Assembly: GCF_006345805.1 (NCBI RefSeq)
Contig: NC_043001.1
Span: forward strand, 133,548,001-133,612,000
DNA length: 64,000 nucleotides
Direction: 5' to 3'
From: Octopus sinensis
Taxonomy: Eukaryota
The position numbers and the translations under genes were made by a program. This document shows, in pieces, positions 27,333 to 39,760 of the stretch (positions within the stretch are counted from its first letter, which is position 1; every line of letters starts with the position of its first letter). The notes under the pieces were generated by a model that worked only from the letters and a program-made list of their open reading frames with translations, did no database searches and was not told where the DNA came from.

Positions 27333-27545
27333 TGTAATTTCCTAAGTTATCTGCGACTGTCTCAAAAGCACTGTTGATTTGACTCTGGTTTGACACATCA
27401 AGTTGGAGGACGTGTAATAAATTTGAGCAGTTGTCCTTTAGTTCTGCAGCACCGTCACCACTTTTATCAAGACAACCAGCAAATACTTTAAATCCAAGCT
27501 GATCTAATTTGATAGCTAATGCATGCCCAAATCCTCGATCACAAC
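27333..27545 (-). CDS. SDR gene exon 2 (213 nt)
   Basis: Acceptor TTTCTCCCAACAG|GT at 27546/27545. Encodes (G)CDRGFGHALAIKLDQLGFKVFAGCL...LQLDVS (Rossmann fold). Phase-1 donor A|GTAAGT at 27333/27332. Confidence 0.95.
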
Positions 27546-28391
27546 CTGTTGGGAGAAACAAAAAACAAAAAAACATTAACTTTGAAGTCATTGATTCAAG
27601 TGAAGTCATTCTGTACTTAAACCAGAAGCATTTATATATCTGAAATGTTAGAGCAAGTAACCTTAATTAACTAATGAAGTTAATTAGTTTATGCATTCCA
27701 CAGTTAACTCTGTACATAATAATTACTTCGTAATTTGTACAAGAAATAAATGTTCGGTTTGTAACGACAAAACTGCAAACACTATATATTCTCTTGTGGC
27801 CTATGCAGTAAAGGTAAAGTATCAAACATCACTATCAAACAGCATAAGCAAATATCAAACATCACAACCAAACAGTATTAACAAACAACTATATCAGTTT
27901 AAAATATCTGACATTCAATTACAATCCTAGTAAATTTTAAGTTAGGAATTAAAAATTTTTTTTTTCATGGTATGAAAGTAATAAAAGATAGATTTATGCA
28001 TTAAACAGCAAAGTTTGGAATAGATCTCCCTTCAATTCTGATAGCACGTAGGAAAGAAAAAGTTGTTTTGTGTCATCAAATTTTTGTTCATTTTTTTATA
28101 ATCTTGCCCAAGTCGTCTCCCCTCCGACATACACTTCCCATACATTTTTCCTTTCCCACGAAGTATGTGACTTCGAGGTACAGCTATTCCGAAACCTACT
28201 TATGCCATACTTTGTACAGATAGTGAAGAGAATTAGCTTCGAAAATTGATAGCAAACACATCTTATTAACAAGAGAAAAAAAAATTAACATTAAATAAAG
28301 GATCGAAAGAAGAAAAAAAGTGGAGCAGATGAATAGATTATTGTGGGAAAGATTCGGAAAAGAAGGAGGAAAAAAATATAATAGAACTTAC

Positions 28392-28761
28392 CGGTGATGA
28401 GAACAGCTTTGTTGTTTATCGGCAATTTCTGCGTCGGGGTGTTGCGATGAACGACCAGGATAGCCGTGGCCAACACGATGAATTCTAAGTAATAAGACTG
28501 TGTAGTTAAGCTGACAGTCATGTAATAGACGATGGCTAGTAATATAGATTTTATAAATAAACTTCTCCGTATCATCGCTCGCTTCCGCAACAGTTTTATA
28601 ATCAACAAACACAGAATTATGTACATGAAAAGTTTCATATAATAATTGGAGCAGTAATAAGATTCTTTATCCATTTTGGGGCTGTTCGTTAATCTGGAAT
28701 CACTACTACTACTACTGTCTGGGGTTTGTACTCTGTCGTTTACTGTCATCATTGATTTCAT
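28392..28761 (-). CDS. SDR9C-type short-chain dehydrogenase/reductase (BDH1/HSD17B2/RDH-like), exon 1
   Basis: ORF MKSMMTV...PINNKAVLITG has three hydrophobic segments and ends in the first half of the TGxxxGxG motif. A phase-1 donor G|GTAAGT lies at 28392/28391. The start codon could instead be a downstream Met (MDKESYY or MKLFMY). Confidence 0.9.
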
Positions 28762-29073
28762 AGTCCTAAAAGTGGTAAGTAGTAAAGTTCTTGTTTAGAA
28801 TGGTAGTAGTAAAGTTCTTGTTTAGTATGAGAAGCGTGTTTTCGGTTTGAATAGTTTCAGCAATCTTTTGGGACTGTTTCAGCTATTTCGCTGCTCGCCG
28901 TTTTATAGCGCTTTCTATTGTATTTTTAAAAGTGGATTTTCCACCACTTGAGAAGCTGTCTCCCAAACTCCTCCTCTTCACTTCCACTTCCATTCTAAAG
29001 ATCCTGTTAGATGCGGTGATGGTAATTGGTGGTTGACAAGCAAGCAGTCACGAGAGAAAGAGAGAGAGAGGGG

Positions 29074-29106
<33 letters not shown>

Positions 29107-31464
29107 CACACCAGCGTGTGTAAAAATGTGTGTGTGTTTGAAGTAGGTCTGTAGTACTAAAAAATTTCATTAATGAATTGTTGTCAGAAAAGAAAGAAAA
29201 AAAGAAGAGGTGAAGGTGGTTACTAAAAAGTCATTGATGTTTTTTCTTTTATTGTTGCAAAGTGGATTTGTCGTCGTCGTCGTCGTCAGTGATGTAGTTG
29301 TACTTGTTAACAAAAACGAAATATAATTATAATAAATATTGATATATTATTATTTTTTTTTTACTACCCACAAGGGGCCAAACAAGGACAGACAAACGGA
29401 ATAAGTCGATTACATTAAGTACCAGTTACGCACTGGTGCATAACTGGTACTTAATTTATCGACCCCGAAAGGATGATCGGCAAAGTCGACCTCGGCGGAA
29501 TTTGAACTCAGAACGTATCGGCAGACGAAATACAGTTACGCATTTCGCCCGGCGTGCTAACGTTTCTGCCAGCTCGCCGGTATGATATATTCTATGATAT
29601 ATAAATATCGATATATTATTGCAGCTGCAATCAAAATTGATCAACTACGATTTTAATAAAAACTTTTGAAACTCAGATCACAGTTAAATATTTCGACATT
29701 ATTCTAAGAGGTAACGAGCTGATAAGAAGATATGTTCGGCCGAACCATAGGCGAAACAGAACATATATTTCTTGTCAGACTAACAGTTTTAGATTAAATG
29801 TTTTTTTAAAATTACGGAGATGTACTTGCATAGCAAGTGATTTGATCTGAGATCGTGTGCTGAAACGAAAACAGTTGCAGCGTGGAAGGTGTTTGTAAGC
29901 CATTTAAGAAACACACAAAAGCCATTCGATTCACTTCAACATTTAAGTTTAATTTATTTTCGTCGCTTTAAGACCGCGACCTGTTCACTGACAAAAATCC
30001 GTGATTTTAGCATTATATATTTCTTTACTACCTACAAGGGGCTAAACATAGAGGGGGCAAACAAGGACAGACAAAGGGATTACATCGACTTAATTAAAGG
30101 CAAAGTCGACCTCGGCGGAATTTGAACTCGGAACGTAACGACAGACGAAATACTGCTACGAATTTCGCCCGGCGTGCTAACGATTCTACCAGCTCGCCGC
30201 CTGGTTTGATTTTAGCATTATAGCTTATCAATCTGTCTATTCACCCATCCATCCATTCATCCAACTATCTATCAATATAGTAATCTACTTAAATTGCTGT
30301 ATTTTATTAATTATAAAGTAAAATTATAATATTGTATACACGTAATTTACATAATTTATGAAAAAAATAACACAAAAATAACTTTAAGGGTAGCTTTTTT
30401 ATCTGTGTATTGGATGTGTGTGAACACTTGTGTGCTCGTGCGTATGTGTGTGTGTAAGTCTATGTGTAAGGTATGTGTGTGTGTATATATGTGTATGCTT
30501 ATATTAGTGTGCGTATACCTGAGTGTATGTATACCTTTGTGTATATACCTGTGTAAGCATGTTTATACTTGTATTCATATGCGTGTGTGTATATATCCAT
30601 ATATACCTATGCATTTATATTTGTGTGTATATATAATGTAAATGTATCTATACATGTTTTCTGGTGTGCGTGCGTATGCGTGCGTGTGTGTGTGTGTACC
30701 AGTGTTTAGCTATGTGTTGCGCGTAAGAGTGTGTACGTCTACTTGTGCGTGTGTATGTGTATGTGTGCCAGTGTGGGAGTGCGCTATTGTGAGTTGGTAT
30801 GTGTTCGTGTGTATAGCTATATGTATTCACGTGTAAAAGTTGTATATGGGAATGTGGGTGTGTATATATGACTATATCTGCCGGTCAAGAGGAAAAGATC
30901 CGCGTAGGTTCGTAAATGTGTAAGAATACGCAAGTGCGTGTGTGTGTGTAAGTGTGTAGGTGTGTGTGTAAGTGTGTGTGTGTGGGTGTGTGTGTGTGAG
31001 CGCGGCGCGTGCATTGTGTGTAAAGATTAATTCGAGCGTGCTTCGTGTAGTATAGATGTTTGAGATGAAGGTGATGGGTGTGTGTGTGTGTGAGAGAGAG
31101 AGTGAGTGTGTGTGTGTGTGTGAGAGAGAGTGAGTGTGTGAGAGTGAGTGTGTGTGTGTGTGTGAGTGAGTGTGTGTGTGTGTGTGTGTGTGAGTGAGTG
31201 TGTGTGTGTGTGTGAGAGTGAGTGTGTGTGTGTGTGTGAGAGAGTGAGTGTGTGTGTGTGTGTGAGTGAGTGTATGTGAGTATGTGTGTACGCATCTTGT
31301 TATGTCTTGTTACGTTAGACAAGTGCTTGTGCACGTGTGTATGTGTGTATGTGTGTGTGTGTATGTGTGTGTATTCGCGCGCCAATACCTCATGGGAGTG
31401 CTGGTGTGTGTTGTTGACATGTTGTACGTATTTAGCATACTTGAAATAGTTGTATGTATATATG

Positions 31465-31508
<44 letters not shown>

Positions 31509-31871
31509 TATATATATATGGGCTCCGTGTGGGCAGGCATCTAAAAAATTTTGTGCATCTTGATGCTGACATAAGTTCCTTACTTTTCCCTGATGAGAAG
31601 GCGGCATAACGCACCCCTTATTCCTTCGAAATTAGGAATATGCAGCCTTCGAAACATATGTCGAAAATAAAATAAAGGAATTTTGTTAATTCGTCGTTCA
31701 ACTCCATTCTTTCATTTATTTGTATTAAAAAAAAACACACAAATTTCCACACGATAGCACGTGATCTCTGCCCTAGGCGTGTAGCTTCAACCGTGTTTTT
31801 CTGACGTGAATTTGCTACCCAGGTATCGGTTAACCGAATTATCCATAATAAGATAATTCATTCAACTACTC

Positions 31872-31915
<44 letters not shown>

Positions 31916-32035
31916 AGTGTGTGTGGATTCATTCGTATGTGTGCGCGTTTATATTTATGCGTGCGTTGTTCCGAGTGAGTTAATATGTGGTAAGAAACTC
32001 TCACGAACTGACCAGCAGAGAAGATACCCCACTCA

Positions 32036-32037
32036 GG

Positions 32038-32082
<45 letters not shown>

Positions 32083-32374
32083 GTGTTTGTGTGTGTGTCT
32101 GTGTGTATGCGTGTGTGTGTCTGTGTGTCTGTCTGTGTGTGTGTGTGTATGCGTGTGTGTGTGTATGCGTGTGTGTGTGTGTGTGTGTGCATATGTGTGT
32201 GTATGTGTGAACAAAGATAAAGTTTGCCTTGGCAGGAATTGAACTCAGAACTCCGAGAACTGGAATGGATAACGGAACTAACGATTCTGCTAATTCGCAG
32301 TATGTGTGTGGATGAGAGAGAGAGAGGGAGAGATAAAGAGAGAGAGAGAGAGAGAGTGCGTGTGTGTGTGTGTG

Positions 32375-32406
<32 letters not shown>

Positions 32407-32702
32407 GTGTTTGTGTGTGTGTCTGTGTGTATGCGTGTGTGTGTCTGTGTGTCTGTCTGTGTGTGTGTGTGTATGCGTGTGTGTGTGTATGCGTGTGTGT
32501 GTGTGTGTGTGTGCATATGTGTGTGTATGTGTGAACAAAGATAAAGTTTGCCTTGGCAGGAATTGAACTCAGAACTCCGAGAACTGGAATGGATAACGGA
32601 ACTAACGATTCTGCTAATTCGCAGTATGTGTGTGGATGAGAGAGAGAGAGGGAGAGATAAAGAGAGAGAGAGAGAGAGAGAGTGCGTGTGTGTGTGTGTG
32701 TG

Positions 32703-32720
<18 letters not shown>
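32036..32720. repeat. 324-bp tandem duplication of a microsatellite-bounded segment
   Basis: AACAAAGATAAAGTTTGCC...GGATGAGAGAG occurs at 32210 and 32534. Confidence 0.9.
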
Positions 32721-32733
<13 letters not shown>

Positions 32734-32899
32734 CGGTCAGGGATCGTCCCTGTATCCAGGAGTCTTGCCAAGATACTCCCTATGTGTTTGCTGTACAGTC
32801 TGTCTGGCCTCTGTTTCCGGTCCATTTCCGGTCCAAGTCGTCAGTTCACAAACGGCTTTGACATCTTGCTCTCTTCCTCCAGCATAAACGACATAACTC

Positions 32900-33130
32900 C
32901 GCACCTAAAATTGAGATTAATAGATTGCTATATTATGTCAAGTGTCCTCTGCGGAGCAGAAACTCGGACAACCTTACAGAGCAACTAAAAAAAAATAGCT
33001 TCCTTTCAGATGTGGATCTTTCGTAGATTGGACTTGAATAAACTGGAGAGACAGGATAAAAAAACGCTTTAACGCCGAGAGTGCAAAATATCTGTTATCG
33101 AAAATCAAATGTACAATGCTACCATGTTTT
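32900..33130 (+). mobile_element. Decayed RTE LINE fragment
   Basis: KLRLIDCYIMSSVLCGAET...FQMWIFRRL resembles the RTE motif YGAETW...FEMWCYRR. Confidence 0.55.
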
Positions 33131-33160
33131 GGACATACGATGCATCACAGTCCGTCAGAT

Positions 33161-33263
<103 letters not shown>

Positions 33264-33287
33264 TAGATAGATAGATAGATAGATATG

Positions 33288-34678
33288 TTTCTTTATTAGC
33301 CACACAGGGCTGCACACAGATAGAACAAATTACAAGGTAGAGCTTTTCTTTTGAAGGTAAAAAAAAAATAAAAATAAAAATAAATAATAAAAATAAAAAA
33401 AGGGGGGGTCGATCAAAAGGGATCGTAAAAGGAGAGAAAGAGGACAAAAAAGGGGGGGTTAAAAAAAGGGGGAGAGGAAAAAAAATTTATCAATAGGGAT
33501 CGTTATCACAGAAATGTCAATATGAAGTGTAAAGGGGAGGACAGGTGAGGTTTACCCGTGGAAAGAAAAGCCTACGGAAAAGACCACGGTAACCTCGGTC
33601 AATGAAGTCACATGTTATATTTCTTTCTTTTTTTTTTTTTTTTTGCAAATAAGCAACTCTCTGTATTAATTTTTATGGTTCATAGAATCATAGTCAAGGT
33701 GGCTTCGTCGTTCATACGTGCCATCCTTGCTACATTCACCCATCTTTTTTTAAAACATTCACTAGACAAAACTTGCCTCTCTACTCTCACTTTCCTCTTC
33801 AAGTGATACTTGAAGAAGTTGATGAGAAATTGACCAGAGAGGAAAGTGTTTGTCTCTAATCCTTTCAGGCGCGTCCACCAGATACATTCTTTCGCCATAG
33901 CCACAAGTATGATAAAAATAGCTCTTCCTTCCGTTTGAAGGAAGGAGGCGTGACGATATTACGATAGACTCGGCTGATAAACCGACACGTCCCACACGTG
34001 ACAGCAGTCGTTCGACATAAGCCCACAGGTGGGAAATTGCTGGACACTGCACGATTGCGTGCAGAGCGGTTTTGTCGCTCTGCCCGCATCTCGGGCAGTT
34101 CGGCCCCGTGTTTCTCGAGCCATGCCTATAGAGCTTATCCCGAACGGGTTAGCGCTTCTCGGTAGCACCGCCAGGCCAGGGATCTCTGGAAGTTGTCCAT
34201 AGGTCCGGGCCGAAAGTCGTTTGAAACAGGCGGGTCAGGTATTCCTCGTCGACGCCCAGGTTTGCCCCGAGCTCGTCGTCGTACCTCCCCTCCACTAATC
34301 CCCTATAGAATGCTTTGGTTGTGTTGAAGTCACTCAAGGTCGACCCGGGACGGCAGAGTTGCTTGAGAGCAACGCGACACTCGCGGTGCCATTCGCCCTT
34401 CCTCGGCCTCTTTTTGATCCACAACTGTAGTTCGGTCATGGAGACGAATTGCGGGAATGCGTGCCTCACAAACGGCGACCACACCTGTTCACCGTCGTCT
34501 ACATAGAGCCGGAGATGTCGCAGTCTCAGCGCGTGTCTGCGCATCATCAACCACGGCATGCCCAGCCCTCCTTTTAACGGGTGTTGACAGCAAATGGATC
34601 GCCTGACCATCGGGACGCATCCTTTCCACAAGAAGCGGAAGAGGATGCGTTCTAGTTTGGTGATGGTAGGGTCGGGAC

Positions 34679-34679
<1 letters not shown>
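33288..34679 (-). mobile_element. Tx1/L1-group LINE, 5'-truncated ORF2 3' part plus 3' UTR
   Basis: ILFRFLWKG...HPLKGGLGMP, then the zf-RVT motif CPRC...ETALHAIVQCP, with frameshifts. Stop near 33680; the 3' end AATAAAGAA abuts (ATCT)n. Confidence 0.82.
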
Positions 34680-34752
<73 letters not shown>

Positions 34753-34810
34753 GCAGACAGACAGTCTACTCTGACCCAGTGTTATAGCACCTGTCTGGGT
34801 CTCAGATATA

Positions 34811-35043
34811 TATTTCTTTACTACCCACAAGGGGCTAAACACAGAGGGGACAAACAAGGACAGACAAACGGATTAAGTCGATTACATCGATCCCAGTGCG
34901 TAACTGGTACTTAATTTATCTACCCCGAAAGGATGAAAGGCAAAGTCGACCTCGGCGGAATTTGAACTCAGAACGTAGCGGCAGACGAAATACGGCTACG
35001 CATTTCGCCCGGCGTGCTAACGTTTCTGCCAGCTCGTCGCCTT
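34811..35043 (-). mobile_element. tRNA-derived SINE family B
   Basis: 17-bp TSD TCTGGGTCTCAGATATA at 34794-34810 and 35044-35060. Other copies at about 2721-2953, 29361-29580, 30019-30202 and 57478-57620 (all -). Confidence 0.92.
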
Positions 35044-35714
35044 TCTGGGTCTCAGATATAGGTTAATTAGCATGTCACAGACGTGCTTTCGGAAGAAAAT
35101 CACATATAGACACACCAACGGACCCCGGGTTGACAAGGCTCTTCAGTACACTTCGTGTATACACACACACACACACACACACATACATACATTATTTCTC
35201 AACCACATGGTTCCGGGTTCAGTTTTCTACTATAGCCTCGGGCCGACCAAAACCTCGGGAGTGGATTTAGCATACGGAAACTGAAAGAAGTCCGTCATTT
35301 ATGTGCATGTGTGTAAATATAAACAAATATTTGGGGGTTTTAGGTTTGGCAATATAAACAAATATTTGGGGGTTTTAGGTTTGGCAAAACTTTCACCGTA
35401 CCCAAAAAGAACCACCCGTTTAAATTTTTTTTTTTTTTTTTTCGACACAAACCTCTCTTTTCGGCTACGGGGAATACGAATATGCAAAAATAATTGGCAA
35501 AAATCGGCATTTATAAATTACCCCCAAACCCCATTTTCTTCATTTTCTACTTTTTTTTGTTTCAAAATATGCGGAAAAATACGGAGATTATGATTCTGAA
35601 AAAAATTTCCAAAAATTTTTGTAAAATTTTTTTAAAGAATATTTTTTCTTTTTTCTAAATATGCAGAAAAATACAGACATTATGATTCGGACAAAAATTT
35701 CAAAATATTTCTGT

Positions 35715-35790
35715 AGTTACGGTCAGGGTTACGGTTTTAGGGTTAGGGTTAGGGTTTTAGGGTTAGGGTTTTAGGGTTAGGGTTTGATGG
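35715..35790 (+). repeat. Interstitial telomere-like (TTAGGG)/(TTTTAGGG) tract inside a DNA-element relic
   Basis: About 8 degenerate TTAGGG units, flanked by imperfect inverted sequence at about 35495-35535 and 35830-35880. Confidence 0.7.
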
Positions 35791-36564
35791 TTAGTGTTGA
35801 GGAAAAAGTCAAAATTGAAGAATTTGGGTGGGGAAGGGGGGGAGGCAAGGAATTTAACAATGCCGATTTTTGGCAATTTCCCGGAACCTCCGTATCCAAA
35901 AACGGGGATATTTGGCAAAAAAAAAAATTCTTAAATAAACAAATTTGGGAGAAAATGGTGGTGGGGGAAGGGCGGAAGTCCTTCGTTAGGGAACACACAA
36001 ATATCAATATATATTACATTCAATAAAATGATTTCATCTATCTAATTATTTGAACCCAACTGAATATATCATCAGCCCTTAGGGTAATCTAGAAGCACAC
36101 ATTGTATTAAATATACGGTCCATAATATACTTCAGAACACGCGAGGAGCAGGTTCCGAGAGAGATCAATCATAGATAAACAAATAACGAATAGGATAGAT
36201 AGGAGTCAATTCATTACAGCTGTTTCCAACGATTTTTTTTTAAATGATTAATGGGTGCATTATATCATTATTAAAAAAAGGCTGTTTTCTTCGAATGAAT
36301 ATATGAGTCACATTATTAGGAACATTTAAAAACAATAAAAATCCACTGCATGTACATATTTTGTGATACCACGATCATCGCTGCAATATACATGCGTTTA
36401 TTATATTATATTGTGTGTATGTGTGTGTGTGTGTGTGTGTGTCTATAAAATAAGTAATTTTCGTGGTGGGATATATATATGCACACATACATATATATAC
36501 ACATACATACACACACACACACACATATATATATATACTTTATTTAAAGCAGCAGAAAATTCAA

Positions 36565-36614
36565 CAAAATCTGTTACTCTGAGTTTCTCGTTGCCGTTCA
36601 TCAGACAGTTTTTG
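36565..36614 (-). ncRNA. Minimal type I hammerhead ribozyme, exact inverted twin
   Basis: Exact reverse complement of 36648-36697, within an 82-bp perfect inverted repeat. Confidence 0.72.
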
Positions 36615-36647
36615 CTAGAATCTAGCAAAAACTGTCTCAGAATCTAG

Positions 36648-36697
36648 CAAAAACTGTCTGATGAACGGCAACGAGAAACTCAGAGTAACAGATTTTG
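36648..36697 (+). ncRNA. Minimal type I hammerhead ribozyme
   Basis: Stem I CAAAAACTGT/ACAGATTTTG (9/10 pairs), CTGATGA, A-CG[GCAA]CG-A, GAAA, near-palindromic stem III ACTCAGAGT, GTA cleavage triplet. Confidence 0.72.
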
Positions 36698-37045
36698 TTG
36701 AATTTTCTGCTGCTTTAAATAAAGCATATTACTCTACCACTGGTATTTGAGTACTCTTTTTTCCACCTTGTTTCACATTTATGTGTTTACTCCGGAATAT
36801 ATATATATATACACATACATATATATATGTACGCATACATATTTATATACACTTATGCATATGCATATTTATGTGTGTGTGAGAGTGTATAAATGAGTTT
36901 GAGTGTATGAATGTGTGTGTGTTCCCGTATGTTTCTTTACATTTTGGGGGATCGATGGAAACATCTAAAAAAAAGTACTTGAAGAATCTGATTTTATTGT
37001 AATCTCTCGGTTAAAAATATCACCTACACAATGTATGTTTGTATG

Positions 37046-37090
<45 letters not shown>

Positions 37091-37092
<2 letters not shown>

Positions 37093-37895
37093 AGGGTATC
37101 TGAGAGACACCACCATGCCGAAATAGCAGTCAAACCCTGACTCTAAAAACCACCTAAAATGTTCATATCGCACCATGAGATAAGACAGAGAGACAAAATA
37201 AACTAGCAAAAAGATATTACTGGATAATTCAAGATCCTGGATTTCTGACTTTGCTTCAAATAAGCTCTGCCTTCGTCAGTTGAATATACCAGATGGGCAC
37301 ATAAATACAAATATATATATGTACAGAACACACGTTATACTTACATATACGAACGTCCATACATACATATATACGCACGTATGTACAAGGCCAGATTCAA
37401 ATATGGTCAAAATAAACACCGCAGTGAATATAGTGACGAATTATATACATTTATAAGGATAATATCGATATTTGAATATCGATATTATCAAGTGGCCAGC
37501 ATGGGAATAAATACCATACAAAGGCAATAATTTTTTACAACTATAAATAAGGGTATCTGAGAGACACCACCATGCCGAAATAGCAGTCAAACCCTGACTC
37601 TAAAAACCACCTAAAATGTTCATATCGCACCACGAGATAAGACTGAGAGGCAAAATAAACCAGCAAAAAGATATTACTGGATAATTCAAGATCGTGGATT
37701 TCTAGCTTTGCTTCAAATAAGCCCTGCTTTCATCAGAACACACGTTATAACATTTTAGGTGGTTTTTAGAGTCAGGGTTTGACTGCTATTTCGGCATGGT
37801 GGGGTCTCTCAAATACCCTTATTTATAGTTGTAAAAGATTATTACCTTTGTATGGTATTTTTTCCCATTATGGCCACTTGATAATATCGATATTA
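37091..37895. mobile_element. pLTR-like remnant: two direct copies and one inverted copy, each with a decayed hammerhead
   Basis: Direct repeats begin at 37091 and 37548 (offset 457); the inverted copy is at about 37750-37895. Motif AGGGTAT CTGAGAGAC...GCC GAAA TAGCA GTC AAACCCT at 37093-37138, 37550-37595 and 37774-37819 (-). Confidence 0.6.
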
Positions 37896-38144
37896 TCCTT
37901 ATTTATAAATTTATATATATATATACACACACACATGTATACATACATATACACACACATATACATATGTGTGTGTATACATCTATGCATCTACGCATGT
38001 GCATACATATGCGAGTGTGCTGCATGTATGAATGTATGTACGCGCTCGAATGTTTGTTTACATTTTTTAGATCGATGACATCATTTTATTGAATGTAACA
38101 TATATGGCTATTTGTGTGTGTGTGTGTGTGTGAGGGAGAGATAA

Positions 38145-38644
38145 TCTTTATATATAAAAGAGAGGTTGTGTGTCTGTCTCCTACGATTTAGATTCCTAAC
38201 AACTCCCACATTTTGCGGTGCAGTTTAACCAAATTCAGGTATCTTATAGTCGTGATTCATATCGAGCCCTTCTGGGTATTAGCGCGCGTCTACGATGAGT
38301 CTACGATTAAAAAAAAAATTTACCATCATTTTTTTTCCTTTTAATGCATTTTTTCCGCTATTATATAAGGGAAGTAACTCTCTAAAAATGTTTACGATGA
38401 GTCAACGATTTTAAAAAAAATTTACCATCATTTTTTTTCCTTTTAATGCATTTTTCCGCTATTATATAAGGGAAGTAACTCTCTAAAAATGTTTACGATG
38501 AGTCAACGATTTTTTAAAAAATTTACCATCATTTTTTTTCCATTTTTAGTGCATTTTTTTGCTAGTTTTGGGTTATAACTCTCTAAAAATGCTTATATAG
38601 TTATTTCCCTTACAAACCCGAGCAACGCCGGGCGATACTGCTAG
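38145..38644 (+). mobile_element. Non-autonomous Helitron, same family, with an extra internal subrepeat
   Basis: A|TC ... hairpin ... CTAG|T; 500 bp versus about 397 bp for the other copies. Confidence 0.88.
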
Positions 38645-38953
38645 TTTATGATAAAACTTTAATTTCATTTTCATTAAAATATTGAATTCAGAGAAGCCTG
38701 TAGTTTCGCCTGCGGTTCGTCGCCTCTGATCACCACCCCCTTATGTTGTTTTACTCTTCCCTCCCTACCGCCTTTAAACGGTATCCGCCTGCTTTAGCAT
38801 CTCTCACTGTCACTCACTCCCACTTCGATTGTTGCTTTACTATTCTTTGCATACACCGTGACCGACAGGTACACATTAAGTGTTTTATTATAGAAATCTA
38901 GCTAACCGCGTGCCGTCAAAAATGACGGCTAATTGTAATAATTTATATATAAA

Positions 38954-39349
38954 CTAGCAGTATCGCCCGGCGTTGCTCGGGTTTGTAAGGGAAATAACTA
39001 TATAAGCATTTTTAGAGAGTTATAGCCAAAAATTAGCAAAAAATGCATTAAAAATGGAAAAAAAATGATGGTAAATTTTTTAAAAAATCGTTGACTCATC
39101 GTAGACATTCTTAGAGAGTTATTTCCCTTATATAATAGCGAAAAAATGCATTAAAGTGGAAAAAAATTATGGTAATTTTTTTTTTTATCGTAGACTCATC
39201 GTAGACGCGCGCTAATACCCAGAAGGGCTCGATATGAATCACGACTATAAGATACCCGGTTTTGGTTAAACTGCACCACAAAATGTGGGAGTAGTTAGGA
39301 ATCTAAATCGTAGGAGACAGACACACAACTTCACTTTTATATATAAAGA
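38954..39349 (-). mobile_element. Non-autonomous Helitron, same family
   Basis: Same termini on the minus strand; convergent with 38145-38644. Confidence 0.88.
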
Positions 39350-39368
39350 TAAGGTACAACATTTTTGA

Positions 39369-39760
39369 GACCCCCTTCGGTCATGACTGACCGTGGGATT
39401 GCACCTAGAAAGTTACCCTCCCAGGCACAAGTCCGGGCAAAGCTGTTCATGGAAGACCAGCAGTCGCCTATGCATACCGGCCTCTCCTCTCCACGCCACC
39501 AGTGTTATCCAAGGGAAAGGTAATAGCCGATACAGCTTGGCACCTGTGACGTCGCAACTCATTTTGGATCTTTTCCTTTTGATGGACGGAATTTCTAGTT
39601 AACTAAACAAAAGGAAAAGATCCCTCATTTTTACAGCTGAGTGAACCGGAGCAATGTGAAATAAAGTGTCTTGCTCAAGAACACAACACTCAGCCCGGTC
39701 CAGGATTCTAACTAACAACCTCACGATCGTAAGGTCGATGCTCTAACCACTGAGCCACGC
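39369..39760 (-). mobile_element. tRNA-derived CORE-like SINE family F
   Basis: tRNA head plus TGTGTTCTTGAGCAAGACACTT. Other copies at about 50133-50406 and 2450-2685 (-). Confidence 0.85.
39566..39623. mobile_element. 58-bp mini-element of the GGATCTTTTC family
   Basis: TIR GGATCTTTTCCTTTTG/CAAAAGGAAAAGATCC; 8-bp TSD CTCATTTT at 39558-39565 and 39624-39631; sits inside a SINE. Confidence 0.85.

Noticed and set aside
28770-28785. Plus-strand splice donor GTG|GTAAGT suggesting a divergent gene
   Set aside because: No supporting plus-strand exon or ORF; a single 6-mer is expected by chance.
31621-31665. GAAAC-ATAT-GTC with an AGG/CCT stem
   Set aside because: Stem III looks right, but the CTGANGA core is unrecognisable (CTTCGAA); at most a heavily decayed relic.
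30405-32988. ORFs rich in THTH/CVCV/YIYI
   Set aside because: Products of (AC)n, (AT)n and (AG)n microsatellites; the same applies to most short ORFs in the track.
35715-35790. True telomere or chromosome-fusion site
   Set aside because: The tract is short, degenerate, single-orientation and embedded in a DNA-element relic.
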